Origin: an uncultured Clostridia bacterium
GTDB lineage: Bacteria > Bacillota > Clostridia > Christensenellales > UBA1242
Direction of reading: 5' to 3'
Assembly: GCA_944381825.1 (NCBI GenBank)
Contig: CALWMK010000003.1
Location: forward strand, 1,987-65,986
DNA length: 64,000 nt
Shown here: positions 12,501 to 21,729 of the stretch, piece after piece
How positions within the stretch are numbered: position 1 is the stretch's first letter
Layout of the letters: each line of letters begins with the position of its first letter
Position numbers and translations under genes: made by a program
The notes under the pieces: model-generated
What the model was told of the DNA's origin: nothing
Seen by the model: only the letters and a program-made list of their open reading frames with translations
The model's database searches: none

Positions 12501-12759
12501 AAAATTTTTCTGAATTTGTGTTAATAACTCCAGAAGTTGTAGACAGTGAAGAGTCAATTAATGTCCATCCATTCGGATTGCTATCAAGATAGTATGAATT
12601 GGGATTGGAATTAAAAGAGCCATTTGTTATTGAAACCTCTTCTCCAATTTGTGCATAAGCATAATTGTAGTTAGATTTTGAAATAAAAAATTGAAAAGAA
12701 AGTGCGAGCACTAAAAGAGCAAGAACGCTAATAAGTTTAAAGCTTGTTTTGTGTTTCAT
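9538..12759 (-). CDS. Large membrane-anchored surface protein: signal peptide, four CBM-like beta-sandwich modules, TM helix, cytoplasmic Lys/Glu-rich coiled-coil tail
   Basis: ATG at 12759 lies 5 nt after AGGTGG (the track's GTG at 12768 sits inside the SD). Signal peptide ..ALSFQFFISKSNYNYAYA. Four modules of about 190-210 aa each start with I/V-x-N-G/S-x-F-N/E..W and end with (V/L)FFDNV, VLFDNI, LFIDNV, LFIDNF. TM helix WLIVPALITSLALIIAVVGFSL. Tail RRQAQEKRDEILKDYNIQLKQLEQEILAIEEENKARLEKQRKEKGKK... Confidence 0.8.
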   Translation of the reverse strand: MKHKTSFKLISVLALLVLALSFQFFISKSNYNYAYAQIGEEVSITNGSFNSNPNSYYLDSNPNGWTLIDSSLSTTSGVINTNSEKFSTYTNTYNLSTNPETYYKDSSDTKILMINAKSSVSTTSSFNQGYKSSNLTLFPYSYYHFSVLVKTEIGAIASIYLKSENEENSLSFEKIVSTKWSEYHFYIETGSNNETVHFELYLGTESVKSPNAVFFDNVTGYKLSKTSFDSEKSSNEKSKILTIEKNYITSVTNSNFENGIEGWTSLSAFPAGTIHKVINTNDPQIMTSEGFEYLGGDNVEGNRALWLASKTAKERGFGFSSTEIELPAYSIYKVNVNAKVGNNTTARIVVVEGDKVENFYSKEGFYNANSAELTISSNNDSSTVLNGYKTYSFYIYGHTLFDSSFHIELWLGTETEGVSGSVLFDNITIESLTYAEFKNASDSSETKKLELKTTTESTTIKNGVFNLAEPNNSYPVIPQNWTSEIENKTNNIAGIVNTNESMYNKYKENYGNISNPGNPQGFSSDLAKESNNILMLWNKNSSYQSFTTESVNVTSKTTSSESFYDFSFDFKTIANIDTINFNLQIFDQNSVKVFESENISSSVWQKFKISIRVGESTSALTFKFSLGTQANKTQGYLFIDNVDLNSNSSLTLEQFTELANNNGRFNKILDLTNAYMNIRLLPNSYGIYENIAFDGKLEQGFQPDNSDPISETGIVDGTNNIFEINNAPENFNVIKNLMFIQNHTSSTYSLTSTFKNSLEADKIYKLSVYLRTKLQTPENDYKKDYGASFELVGLEGKLENIKTNNEWKQYTIYVNTTTATEVNLKFALTTQNETAGLLFIDNFNISEITSDEYASIVNSQEENKTDNVLIIGSTDIKSEENPQEPSDENDFNWLIVPALITSLALIIAVVGFSLRHVKFKKWQKKKITEYDRNRTLYQDVVRRQAQEKRDEILKDYNIQLKQLEQEILAIEEENKARLEKQRKEKGKKIDKQVEKEFKAYATKHTNLTNKKDKLLEKIKEANSTDFLLNLQRKLRSENAKKIALEESQIKQEKIEDDSLAQASNNSNEDTKQD

Positions 12760-12952
12760 ATATTCCACCTGTAATTAAATTTTTTTAAATACCAATAAAA
12801 ATATTGTCGTGTTACCACAATATAAGTTTAACCACATAAGTATATAACAAAACGCATTATAAATCAAATATTTTTTAATTTTTTTCAAATAATATTTAAA
12901 TATAAATCAATTTAAAATTAAAAAATTTTTATTTTCAACAATAAAGGTTTAA

Positions 12953-13441
12953 ATGAAAAAAAATAATAAAACAAAAATAAAACAAACTTTTGATATGCCA
13001 ATTATAAAAAATTCAAAATGTTTTGAATTTACTATTTTATCGATTAATAAATCCTTTTATGAAAAAAGAAAAAAGGTTGAAAAGTCATATAAAAAAGTAA
13101 TTTTTATTATTTTAGCTTCTACCTTAATAGGTTTTACAAATGGATTTTTTGGAGGTGGAGGGGGTATGCTTTGTGTGCCATTGCTCGAAAAAAGTTTGAA
13201 TATCAGCAACAAAAGGGCGCATGCAACCACAATTGCTGTTATAGTTCCATTGAGTTTGGTAAGTTCTATAGTTTATTTTTTAAAAAATGATTTAAATGTT
13301 TTTGACCTTTTATATACATCAATTGGAGTCTTCATAGGTGGTGCACTTGGAGCTGTTTTATTAAAAAAATTCAGTGGCAAAGTTATTAGAGTGATTTTTG
13401 CTTTACTTATGCTGATTGCTGGAATAAAAATGGTGATATGA
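12953..13441 (+). CDS. TauE/SafE (TSUP) family half-size membrane protein, subunit 1
   Basis: 4-TM half of the TSUP fold with GFFGGGGGMLCVPLL. Lys-rich N-terminal extension. Start could alternatively be ATG 12995. Confidence 0.7.
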   Translation: MKKNNKTKIKQTFDMPIIKNSKCFEFTILSINKSFYEKRKKVEKSYKKVIFIILASTLIGFTNGFFGGGGGMLCVPLLEKSLNISNKRAHATTIAVIVPLSLVSSIVYFLKNDLNVFDLLYTSIGVFIGGALGAVLLKKFSGKVIRVIFALLMLIAGIKMVI

Positions 13442-13809
13442 TGATATTTTTTTTAATTTTATTTGGTTTTCTTGCTGGTGTGATTGGTGGAATGGGAATG
13501 GGCGGAGGAACAATTTTAATTCCTATGCTGACCATATTTTTATCTTTTTCACAAACAAATGCACAAGGAATTAATTTGATATGCTTTTTCTTTTTAGCGC
13601 TTCCTGCTTTAATAATTCATTTCAAAAATAAAATGATTGAAACCCATCTTCTTTGGATTATTATGCTGTCAGGCTTGCTTTTTAGTTTATTTGGTGCTTT
13701 TGTTGCTAATTTAATTGACGGAAAATTTTTAAAAATTGTGTTTGGAATTTTTTTAATATTGCTTTCCATATGGCAATTTGTTAAAATATTCATTGAAAAA
13801 ACAGAATGA
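13438..13809 (+). CDS. TauE/SafE (TSUP) family half-size membrane protein, subunit 2
   Basis: GVIGGMGMGGGTILIPML plus 4 TM helices. ATGA start/stop overlap with the upstream half. Confidence 0.75.
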   Translation: MMIFFLILFGFLAGVIGGMGMGGGTILIPMLTIFLSFSQTNAQGINLICFFFLALPALIIHFKNKMIETHLLWIIMLSGLLFSLFGAFVANLIDGKFLKIVFGIFLILLSIWQFVKIFIEKTE

Positions 13810-13867
13810 TTACTAGACAAATTTTTGTATATGTGTTAATATTTACCAAGAGAAATAGGAGAAAAAT

Positions 13868-14035
13868 ATGGTAAATAAAAACAAATGTATTGGCTGTGGT
13901 TCATGTATTAGCATATGCCCAGTTGAAGCGATTGATTTTGATGATGATGGAAAGGCAAAGATAGACCCTAATAAATGTATCAAATGTGGTTCTTGTGAAG
14001 CCACTTGTCCTGTTGAAGCAATAAAGATAAATTAA
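13868..14035 (+). CDS. 2x[4Fe-4S] ferredoxin, 55 aa (absent from ORF track)
   Basis: MVNKNKCIGCGSCISICPVEAIDFDDDGKAKIDPNKCIKCGSCEATCPVEAIKIN contains two CxxCxxCxxxCP motifs. AGGAG lies 7 nt upstream. Confidence 0.85.
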   Translation: MVNKNKCIGCGSCISICPVEAIDFDDDGKAKIDPNKCIKCGSCEATCPVEAIKIN

Positions 14036-14116
14036 AAACAAGTTTAACTTTTTAAACAAATAATAAAAAATTAATTAATTATTTTATAAACTGTAAATTT
14101 AAATAATGGAGAAATA

Positions 14117-15628
14117 ATGGGAAAAGTAGCTGTTATTCAATTTGAATATAGTAATTTAAAATTTATGCTTTTAGAAGTTAGTGGCACATATTTCAGAATT
14201 TGCGATGAAATAAATGAAAATTTGTCTTTAGGTAGTGATATTAGCAAAAACGGAATAATAAGTGTTGTAAACTTATCATCTGCATTAAAAATTTTAAAAA
14301 TGTTTAGAAAGCTTTGTGATAGAAATAATGTTACAAAGTCTTTTTCTGTTGCAACAGAAATCTTTAAACACGCAAAAAATGAAAAAAGTTTTTTTGAAGA
14401 AATTTATAATAATACTGGTTTTAATTTTCAAATTTTATCATCAGAAGAACAAACAAGAGCGATTTATAGTGGAATTATAAATGTTATGGACTGTCCAAAA
14501 GGAGTTCTTTTTAACATAGATAATAATATTACAACAATAGTTTATTATAATAGAAGAAATTGTTTAAAATCTTTTGTTTTAAATGTAGGTTCTTTGACTC
14601 TTGCGGAAAAATTCGAAAATGATAAAATGCCAAATAAAGATAAATATAACAAGATGGTTGAATATGTTAAAGAAGAACTTAAGAAGTTAATAGGCAATGA
14701 ACCTTTAGACTCTGAAACAAGTTTTTTAGGTGGAGGGAATAGTTTTTTAAACTTGGGAAAACTTGCAAGAAAAGCCACTCATTATCCTTTGGAGTTAGAA
14801 AACAACTATCATGTCACTTCTCAAACAATGTCTTCAGTTTATGAGTTTGTATTAAACTTAGACCTTGATAAAACCATGAAATTAAAAGGTATTTCAACAG
14901 AAAGAGCCGATATGCTTGCGAGTGGAATTTGTATAATAAAAGCATTGTTTGAAACATATAATATTGAATCCTTGTCAATTTCCTCAAGTGGGTTTAAACA
15001 AGGTGTGATTTTCAATTATGTAATTCCAGAAGTTTTAGATAAACCATTGAGTGAAATGATGGCATATTCACTTGAAAACATTAAAATGCTTTATGAGGGC
15101 AACAATAACAACATAAATCAAGTATATTTGTTAACTTTAATATTGTTTAAACAAATAAAAGTTTTGCACAAATTATCAAGAGCATATGTGAAGCCTCTTA
15201 AAATAGCGGCAACTTTATTTGAATCTGGTAAAAGAATTTGTTTCGAAAATAATACAAAAATTTCATTTGATGTTATTTTAAATTCTAAATTTTTTGGTGT
15301 TTCTCATAAAGAAATTTTAATAGCTGCTTTTGCTTCATTATGCCAAAATCCAGATGATTTAAATTTGAATGATTGGATTAGGTATAAAGACATTTTGTCT
15401 GAAGAAGACTTAGACGCAGTTAGAAAAATTGGAATGATAATAAAACTTGCAGATGCTCTTGATAAATCAAAAAATTCTGTTGTGGAAGATATAAATTGTG
15501 ATATTTTAGGAGATTCAGTCATATTAAAAACTGTGGTAACAGGCGATGCTAGTTTCGAAATTATGCTTGCTAATAAAATTGCTCCGTCTTTTAAAAAGAT
15601 TTTCAAAAAGAATTTGCAAGTAATTTAA
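14117..15628 (+). CDS. Ppx/GppA-family phosphatase-like protein
   Basis: Length and layout match Ppx/GppA (ASKHA N-half plus helical C-half). The N-terminal phosphate motif is divergent (VIQFEYSNLKF instead of ID-GSNS). Confidence 0.6.
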   Translation: MGKVAVIQFEYSNLKFMLLEVSGTYFRICDEINENLSLGSDISKNGIISVVNLSSALKILKMFRKLCDRNNVTKSFSVATEIFKHAKNEKSFFEEIYNNTGFNFQILSSEEQTRAIYSGIINVMDCPKGVLFNIDNNITTIVYYNRRNCLKSFVLNVGSLTLAEKFENDKMPNKDKYNKMVEYVKEELKKLIGNEPLDSETSFLGGGNSFLNLGKLARKATHYPLELENNYHVTSQTMSSVYEFVLNLDLDKTMKLKGISTERADMLASGICIIKALFETYNIESLSISSSGFKQGVIFNYVIPEVLDKPLSEMMAYSLENIKMLYEGNNNNINQVYLLTLILFKQIKVLHKLSRAYVKPLKIAATLFESGKRICFENNTKISFDVILNSKFFGVSHKEILIAAFASLCQNPDDLNLNDWIRYKDILSEEDLDAVRKIGMIIKLADALDKSKNSVVEDINCDILGDSVILKTVVTGDASFEIMLANKIAPSFKKIFKKNLQVI

Positions 15629-15647
15629 ATTAAGATGAGGTGAAATT

Positions 15648-16742
15648 GTGAAAAAAAAGTTTGCTTTTTTATCTTTGTTGATGTGTTTGTCGCTAATTTT
15701 TACTGGTTGTTCATGGCTGAAAAACAATCAATCACTTGAGTTTACCTCTCCATTGCAAATTGTAAAAACACAAACTGATATTACTGAAACAATAACGCCA
15801 ACAGATATAGTTAATTCCAACATAGAAGCCGTTGTAACCATTTTTGTAACTTCGAGTAGTGGAGAACAAATATCTTTTGGAAGTGGGGTTGCAGTTCATA
15901 GTGGTGGTTATATTGCAACAAACTATCATGTAATATCTTTAGCTATTTCAAGCCCATTTTACAGTTTGGAAGTTTACAATAATAATAGTAAAGTTTCTCA
16001 TAATGCAGAAATTTTGTGGTTTAATATAAATTTAGATGTTGCAATTATTAAATGTAGTTGTGGAGATATGCCTTTTGTTGAAATGGTTGATAGATTCGTG
16101 TATGCTTCACAGAACAACAAACTGCAACCATTAGAAGAAGTTGTTGCCATAGGCACACCAGTTGACTTATCTCTTCAAAACACAGCGACTTTTGGCTATG
16201 TTAGTTCATCTTCTGGAAGAATAAGCTATGCTGACACTGGAGTGGTTTATGAAACATTAATTCAACACACTGCACCTATAAATCATGGGAATAGTGGCGG
16301 ACCATTATTTGATATGACTGGTAAACTTATTGGATTAAACACTCTTGGAAATGATGATGCAAATTCACTTTTTTTTGCTGTGCCAATCTATCCAGTGATA
16401 AAAGTTATTGATAAAGTTGTTCTTGCATATGAGAATAATACCAATTATGCTATGCCTGTGTTAGGAGTAAGCGCAATAGATAGATATATGGCACAAAATT
16501 CTGGCGAAAGTTTTTCATCTTCTGGGTTGCTCATAAATGATATTACTAATGGAACTAATGCTGTTGGAAAACTTATTAAAAATGATGTGATTAAAGGAAT
16601 CACAATAAATAATATTTTTTATAATATTGATGTAAGAAATGATTTGTTATTTGCACTTTTAAATGCAAATTCTAAAGATGTGGTGAGTGTTAAACTTACT
16701 CGTGGCATAATTGATAAAACAATCGACATTAGTTTATCATAG
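15648..16742 (+). CDS. Trypsin-like (S1C/HtrA-like) serine protease lipoprotein
   Basis: GTG start after GAGGTGA. Lipobox LIFTGC. Catalytic context NYHV, DVAII, GNSGGPLF. C-terminal PDZ-like region. Confidence 0.8.
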   Translation: MKKKFAFLSLLMCLSLIFTGCSWLKNNQSLEFTSPLQIVKTQTDITETITPTDIVNSNIEAVVTIFVTSSSGEQISFGSGVAVHSGGYIATNYHVISLAISSPFYSLEVYNNNSKVSHNAEILWFNINLDVAIIKCSCGDMPFVEMVDRFVYASQNNKLQPLEEVVAIGTPVDLSLQNTATFGYVSSSSGRISYADTGVVYETLIQHTAPINHGNSGGPLFDMTGKLIGLNTLGNDDANSLFFAVPIYPVIKVIDKVVLAYENNTNYAMPVLGVSAIDRYMAQNSGESFSSSGLLINDITNGTNAVGKLIKNDVIKGITINNIFYNIDVRNDLLFALLNANSKDVVSVKLTRGIIDKTIDISLS

Positions 16743-16751
16743 GAAAAAGTT

Positions 16752-17744
16752 ATGGATAATAATATAATTTTAGAATTGGGTGGATGCTTTGTTAAAGCTT
16801 ATACAAAACAAAATGGACTTATTTTTAAGGAACCTTCTTATGTTGCTTGTGTAAAGATGGGTGAATCTTATCAAGTTAGGGCAATAGGTTTAGATGCAAA
16901 AAAGATATCTGACATTGATGATGAAAACAACTTTATTTTTTCTCCCTTTGGAGAAGGTAAAATAAAAAATAATGAATATGCCATTTTATTTATAAATTAT
17001 CTTTTGAAAAAATCTAATATTAAGAAACCGCTGTTTTCTTCGTTGAATGCAATTGTAATAGTTCCAAGTTCGAATACTATGCAAGATCGTTCAGAAATTT
17101 CAAAAGTTCTTTGTGCTTGTGGTTTTGAAAATGTAAAATTTATACCTAATGCTATTTGTGTAAGTTCATATATAGGTATGTCAAAATATTCTTCTAAAGT
17201 TAACCTTGTGGTTGACATAGGTGGAAGCAAAACTGATGTTTCTCTTTCCACTTTTGATTCAATTTTAAATGGTGCTACAATTAATTTGGGCGGAAAGGGG
17301 ATGAACAAATCTGTTCTTGATTTCGTTTCAAATAAATATAATATTGATTTACCAATTGTTTTGGCTGAAAAAATCAAAGAAGAGTTAGCTTCTTTATATG
17401 ATAACGATGTTTCCAGCATGAAAATCAGAGCTTATGATAATGTTTCTGATTCAGAAATTGTTGTAATTGTTCATGCTCAAGATGTAAGAGAGGCAATTTT
17501 ACCTTATTTTGAAGAGATTTCAAAATTAATTGAAACCACTTTAAATATGTGCAATCAAGAAATTTTATCTCAAATACGTAATAATGGAATTTATCTTTGT
17601 GGGTCTGTAGCAAAAACTACTGGTTTGGAAAAATTTTTTCATGATAGATTTTTACTACCTATAAATATTATAGAAAATTGTGATGATTGTGCGATTTTAG
17701 GTGCGGGAAAACTTTTGAAAACTTATCCGCAAATTTTTAAATAA
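16752..17744 (+). CDS. Divergent MreB-like actin-fold protein
   Basis: Collinear with MreB (EPSYVA, VVDIGGSKTDVSLS, LCGSVAKTTGLEKFF, ILGAGKLL). The phosphate-1 motif is altered (LELGGCFVKAY). Confidence 0.65.
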   Translation: MDNNIILELGGCFVKAYTKQNGLIFKEPSYVACVKMGESYQVRAIGLDAKKISDIDDENNFIFSPFGEGKIKNNEYAILFINYLLKKSNIKKPLFSSLNAIVIVPSSNTMQDRSEISKVLCACGFENVKFIPNAICVSSYIGMSKYSSKVNLVVDIGGSKTDVSLSTFDSILNGATINLGGKGMNKSVLDFVSNKYNIDLPIVLAEKIKEELASLYDNDVSSMKIRAYDNVSDSEIVVIVHAQDVREAILPYFEEISKLIETTLNMCNQEILSQIRNNGIYLCGSVAKTTGLEKFFHDRFLLPINIIENCDDCAILGAGKLLKTYPQIFK

Positions 17745-17873
17745 TATTTAAATTTATTGTTTTTTGTAATAATTCTAAAAAAAAGATTTGTTTTTAATTT
17801 TAAAATAAATTGAAAAAAAGTATTGAAATTATAATTAATATTTGATATACTTAAACAAGTAGGAGGCTTTAAG

Positions 17874-18107
17874 ATGTTTTTATTAGCAAATTCTTTGTTG
17901 GATTTTTTGTCAATTGATTTAGTGATTGTGGGGCTTGTTCTTGCTGCTTTGGGGTTTGCTTTTGCTCTTTTGGCAAAAAGAATTGCAAAAGCGGTTAGGC
18001 AGTCTAGTGAAATAGAACCAAATGATAAAGTTATGCTGATATTTAAGGCTTTAGGACTTGTGTGCATTGTTATTGCGCTCATTTTAATGATACTCGCAGT
18101 TAATTGA
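17874..18107 (+). CDS. Small 2-TM membrane protein, unknown function
   Basis: Strong SD (GTAGGAGG) 7 nt upstream, two hydrophobic helices, terminator downstream. Confidence 0.5.
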   Translation: MFLLANSLLDFLSIDLVIVGLVLAALGFAFALLAKRIAKAVRQSSEIEPNDKVMLIFKALGLVCIVIALILMILAVN

Positions 18108-18135
18108 CAATTGCTTTTAAAATGAGTTAAACTAT

Positions 18136-18162
18136 AAACATAGGTGTTTGCCTATGTTTTTT
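18136..18162 (+). terminator. Intrinsic terminator
   Basis: AAACATAGG / CCTATGTTT stem, 6-nt loop, T-run. Confidence 0.6.
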
Positions 18163-18264
18163 AATTTATGTATTTACAAACTGAAAAAATTTAAAATTTA
18201 CAAAATTTTGCCGTATGTTAAAAACACTATGATAAAAAATTTGTATATTTAAAAAGGATTAATT

Positions 18265-20859
18265 ATGGAAAATAGTTATCAACCCGAATATTTTGAAAAA
18301 TCAATTTATGAAACATGGAAAAAAAAAGGTTTTTTTTCTGCAAAAGTTGATAAAAACAAAAAAAAGTTTAGTATGGTTATGCCACCACCAAATGTTACTG
18401 GTCAGTTGCACATTGGCCATGCCTTGAATAATACTATTCAAGATATTATTATTAGACATAAAAGAATGCAAGGATATAGTGCTCTTTGGGTGCCTGGAAC
18501 TGACCACGCAGCAATTGCAACCGAGGCTAAAGTAGTTGAAAAACTTGCAAAACAGGGCAAAACAAAGCAAGAAGTTGGGAGAGATGAATTTTTAAAATTA
18601 GGCTGGGATTGGTATAAAAAATTCGGAAATAGAATTTGTTCTCAGCTTGAAGCATTAGGGGTTAGTCCAGATTGGGATAGACTCAGTTTTACTATGGATG
18701 AAAATTTAAATCGAGCGGTTAGACATGCTTTTGTTCATTATTATAATAAGGGTTGGATTTACCGCGGAAAAAGGGTTGTTAACTGGTGTCCTCATTGTAA
18801 AAGTGCAATTAGTGACATGGAGAACATTTACGAACAAAGGTCAACATTTTTGTGGTATATAAAATATCCATTTGAAGATGGAGCTGGTTATGTTGAAATA
18901 GCAACGACTAGACCAGAAACCTTGTTTGCCGACTCTGCAGTTGCTGTTAATCCTAAAGATGAAAGGTATAAAAATTTAATTGGAAAAAATCTATGTTTGC
19001 CTTTGACAAATAGAAAAATTCCATTAATTGCAGATGAATATTGTGAAATAGGATTTGGTACTGGAGCAGTTAAAATTACTCCCGCACATGATGCAAACGA
19101 TTATGAAGTTGGTCTTAGACATGACCTTCCAATTTTTTCTTGTATTAATGACGATGGCAAGTTAAATGAAATTGCAGGTGAGTTTGCTGGTTTGGAAAGA
19201 GAGGAAGCTAGATTGCTTGTAGAAAAAAAATTAAGTGATTTAGGCTTTTTAATTAAAAAAGAAAAATATCTTCATAATGTTGGAACTTGTGAAAGATGCA
19301 ACACTGTCACAGAACCAAAAATTTCTATACAATGGTGGGTTAAAATGCAAGAACTTGCAAAGCCTGCCGTAGATGCCCTAAAAAATAATGATATTAAATT
19401 TGTGCCATCTCGTTTTGAAAAACAATATCTTAACTGGTTAATTAACATAAAGGATTGGTGTATTTCGAGACAACTTTGGTTGGGGCATAGAATTCCAGCT
19501 TATTATTGCAAGAGTTGCGGTGAAATGTTTGTTTGTGAAGATGAGCCACATTTTTGTCCTAAATGTCATTCATCAAATTTTATACAAGATGAAGATGTTT
19601 TAGACACTTGGTTTTCTTCTGCACTTTGGCCATTTTCAACTTTGGGCTATCCAAATAAAACTCCCGAATTAGAGTATTTTTACCCGACAGATGTATTGGT
19701 TACTGCCTATGATATTATTTCTTTTTGGGTTTCAAAAATGGTGTATAGTGGCTTGGAATTCATGGGAAAATGTCCATTCAAAAAAGTTTTAATAAACGGA
19801 TTGGTAAGAGATAAATTTGGATCAAAAATGTCAAAAAGTTTAGGTAACGGAGTTGATCCGTTGGAGCTGATTGATAAATATGGTGCTGATAGTTTAAGAT
19901 ACTCATTAGTATCAGGATTGAGCATGGGAATAGATTTAAAGTATGACGAGGAAAAGACAAAACAATCTAAATTATTTTTAAATAAATTATACAATGCGGG
20001 GAAATATGTGCTTCATGCTGCATCTATCGATAATTACGATGACTTTGAACAATTTTTGATTGCTAACAAAAATAAGTTGTCAATTTCTGACAAATGGATA
20101 ATCACTAAAGTTAATAAGCTTTCTAAAGAAATCAATAGAAATTTAGAAAAATACGAACTTGGAGTTGCTATTAATAAACTTACAAGCTTTGTCTGGAATA
20201 CATTTTGTGATTGGTATATAGAAATTTCCAAAGTTCAATTAAAAGATGAGCAGCAAGCCATGGTAACTAAATATGTATTGCTTTATGTTTTTGATAAAAC
20301 TTTAAAACTGCTCCATCCATTTGTTCCTTTTATTACTGAATATATCTATCAAAATTTGCCTATTCATTCTGAAACCATAATGCTTGAAAATTATCCGATT
20401 TGTAATGAGAAACTTGTTTTTGTTAAAGCTACAAAATTCTTTGAAGAAATAATTTTGGCAATAAAAACTATAAGAAATTATAGGGCGGAAAATAAGATTA
20501 GTGAATCTACAAAAATTAAATTATTTATTTTGCCGCATAAAGAAGAAAGTCAAATTATTTCAATTTTGCCACAAATTGAAAAGTTATGCATGGCAAAGGA
20601 CATTGAAGTGATTTCTTGTGAACAATTAAATTCTGTTAAGTTTGTATTTGAATTGTTTACTTTATTTGTTAAAAATGAAAATTTATTAGATGAATCAAAA
20701 ATAAATGAACAAATAAAAACACTTACTTTTGAAATTGAGCGTAGTCAAAAGATGCTTGCAAATGAGGGCTTTTTGAAAAAAGCTCCACAAGCATTAGTTG
20801 ACAAAGAACGGGAAAAACTAGAAAAAAATAAAGAGCTTTTAAACAAGCTAAAAAAATAA
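18265..20859 (+). CDS. valS: Valine--tRNA ligase
   Basis: HIGH (QLHIGHA) and KMSKS motifs, CP1 editing region, C-terminal coiled coil. Confidence 0.95.
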   Translation: MENSYQPEYFEKSIYETWKKKGFFSAKVDKNKKKFSMVMPPPNVTGQLHIGHALNNTIQDIIIRHKRMQGYSALWVPGTDHAAIATEAKVVEKLAKQGKTKQEVGRDEFLKLGWDWYKKFGNRICSQLEALGVSPDWDRLSFTMDENLNRAVRHAFVHYYNKGWIYRGKRVVNWCPHCKSAISDMENIYEQRSTFLWYIKYPFEDGAGYVEIATTRPETLFADSAVAVNPKDERYKNLIGKNLCLPLTNRKIPLIADEYCEIGFGTGAVKITPAHDANDYEVGLRHDLPIFSCINDDGKLNEIAGEFAGLEREEARLLVEKKLSDLGFLIKKEKYLHNVGTCERCNTVTEPKISIQWWVKMQELAKPAVDALKNNDIKFVPSRFEKQYLNWLINIKDWCISRQLWLGHRIPAYYCKSCGEMFVCEDEPHFCPKCHSSNFIQDEDVLDTWFSSALWPFSTLGYPNKTPELEYFYPTDVLVTAYDIISFWVSKMVYSGLEFMGKCPFKKVLINGLVRDKFGSKMSKSLGNGVDPLELIDKYGADSLRYSLVSGLSMGIDLKYDEEKTKQSKLFLNKLYNAGKYVLHAASIDNYDDFEQFLIANKNKLSISDKWIITKVNKLSKEINRNLEKYELGVAINKLTSFVWNTFCDWYIEISKVQLKDEQQAMVTKYVLLYVFDKTLKLLHPFVPFITEYIYQNLPIHSETIMLENYPICNEKLVFVKATKFFEEIILAIKTIRNYRAENKISESTKIKLFILPHKEESQIISILPQIEKLCMAKDIEVISCEQLNSVKFVFELFTLFVKNENLLDESKINEQIKTLTFEIERSQKMLANEGFLKKAPQALVDKEREKLEKNKELLNKLKK

Positions 20860-20866
20860 AAACATT

Positions 20867-20897
20867 GCTTTCAGATTTTGTTCTGAAAGCTTTTTTT
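20867..20897 (+). terminator. Intrinsic terminator of valS
   Basis: GCTTTCAGA / TCTGAAAGC 9-bp stem, 6-nt loop, T7. Confidence 0.8.
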
Positions 20898-21279
20898 GTA
20901 TAATAAACTCCATAAAGTCTGTGAGTTTATAACAGGTTTGCCATAAACAAACTTCTTTTGAATAATTTTTGCTTGTAGCCTAATAAAAATTAAAACCATA
21001 AAAGAAGAAAATAATTAAAATTAATTCACGCGACTTGAAATATTACAAAATATTTACTAGCAATATATAGTACAAAATTTTTTTGGACAAAAAGAGATTG
21101 AGAGTAGGGCAATTCTAAAAAAAATTTTTGCGAATAGGTTTAATTATTATTAATATGAATTCATTTAAAGGTGAGAAATATATGTTATGAAATGTTAGTT
21201 TATAAAAAAACAATTACTCATAAAATTTGAATAAAATGTAACTGCTAATAATCATGAAAAGATTAAAAAAAAGATAAAA

Positions 21280-21729
21280 TTAATTAATTTTTTCTTTTAG
21301 TTTTTTAATTTCACTAGTTGCCAAATAATCACATCGATTATTAAGTTCATTATCGCTATGGCCTTTAACCTTAATAAATTCAATTTTATGATATTTTCCT
21401 AAATCAAGAATTTTTTTCCATAAATCTATATTTTTTACCTCATCTTTAGAAGCTGTCTTCCAGCCAGCAAGTTGCCAAGAAGTTATCCAATTATTATTAA
21501 AAGCATTAACAACATATGCTGAATCGCTATAAATATTGACTTTACAAGGTTCTTTTAAAGCTTCTAATCCTTTTATAACTGCCATAAGTTCCATACGATT
21601 GTTTGTTGTATTGGTTTCGCCACCACTTAATTCTTTTCTTAAATTTCTATAAATTAAAACACAACCCCAACCACCAATTTGTAAATTTACTGAGCATGCT
21701 CCATCAGTATATAATTCTATTTGTTTCAT
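21280..21729 (-). CDS. rnhA: Ribonuclease HI
   Basis: DEDD catalytic context: LYTDGAC, TNNRMEL, IYSDSAYV, NNRCDYLA. Confidence 0.9.
   Translation of the reverse strand: MKQIELYTDGACSVNLQIGGWGCVLIYRNLRKELSGGETNTTNNRMELMAVIKGLEALKEPCKVNIYSDSAYVVNAFNNNWITSWQLAGWKTASKDEVKNIDLWKKILDLGKYHKIEFIKVKGHSDNELNNRCDYLATSEIKKLKEKIN

Noticed and set aside
18108-18264. T-box leader upstream of valS
   Set aside because: The intergenic region is only about 155 nt, is occupied by the upstream terminator, and contains no T-box sequence or specifier-loop architecture.
20898-21279. About 380-bp non-coding gap between convergent valS and rnhA with overlapping hairpins (ATAAACTC/GAGTTTAT at 20903-20928; GTTTAT/ATAAAC at 20923-20946)
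   Set aside because: The stems are short and AT-rich. No promoter or terminator frames a discrete transcript and there is no G+C enrichment. Evidence is insufficient for an sRNA call.
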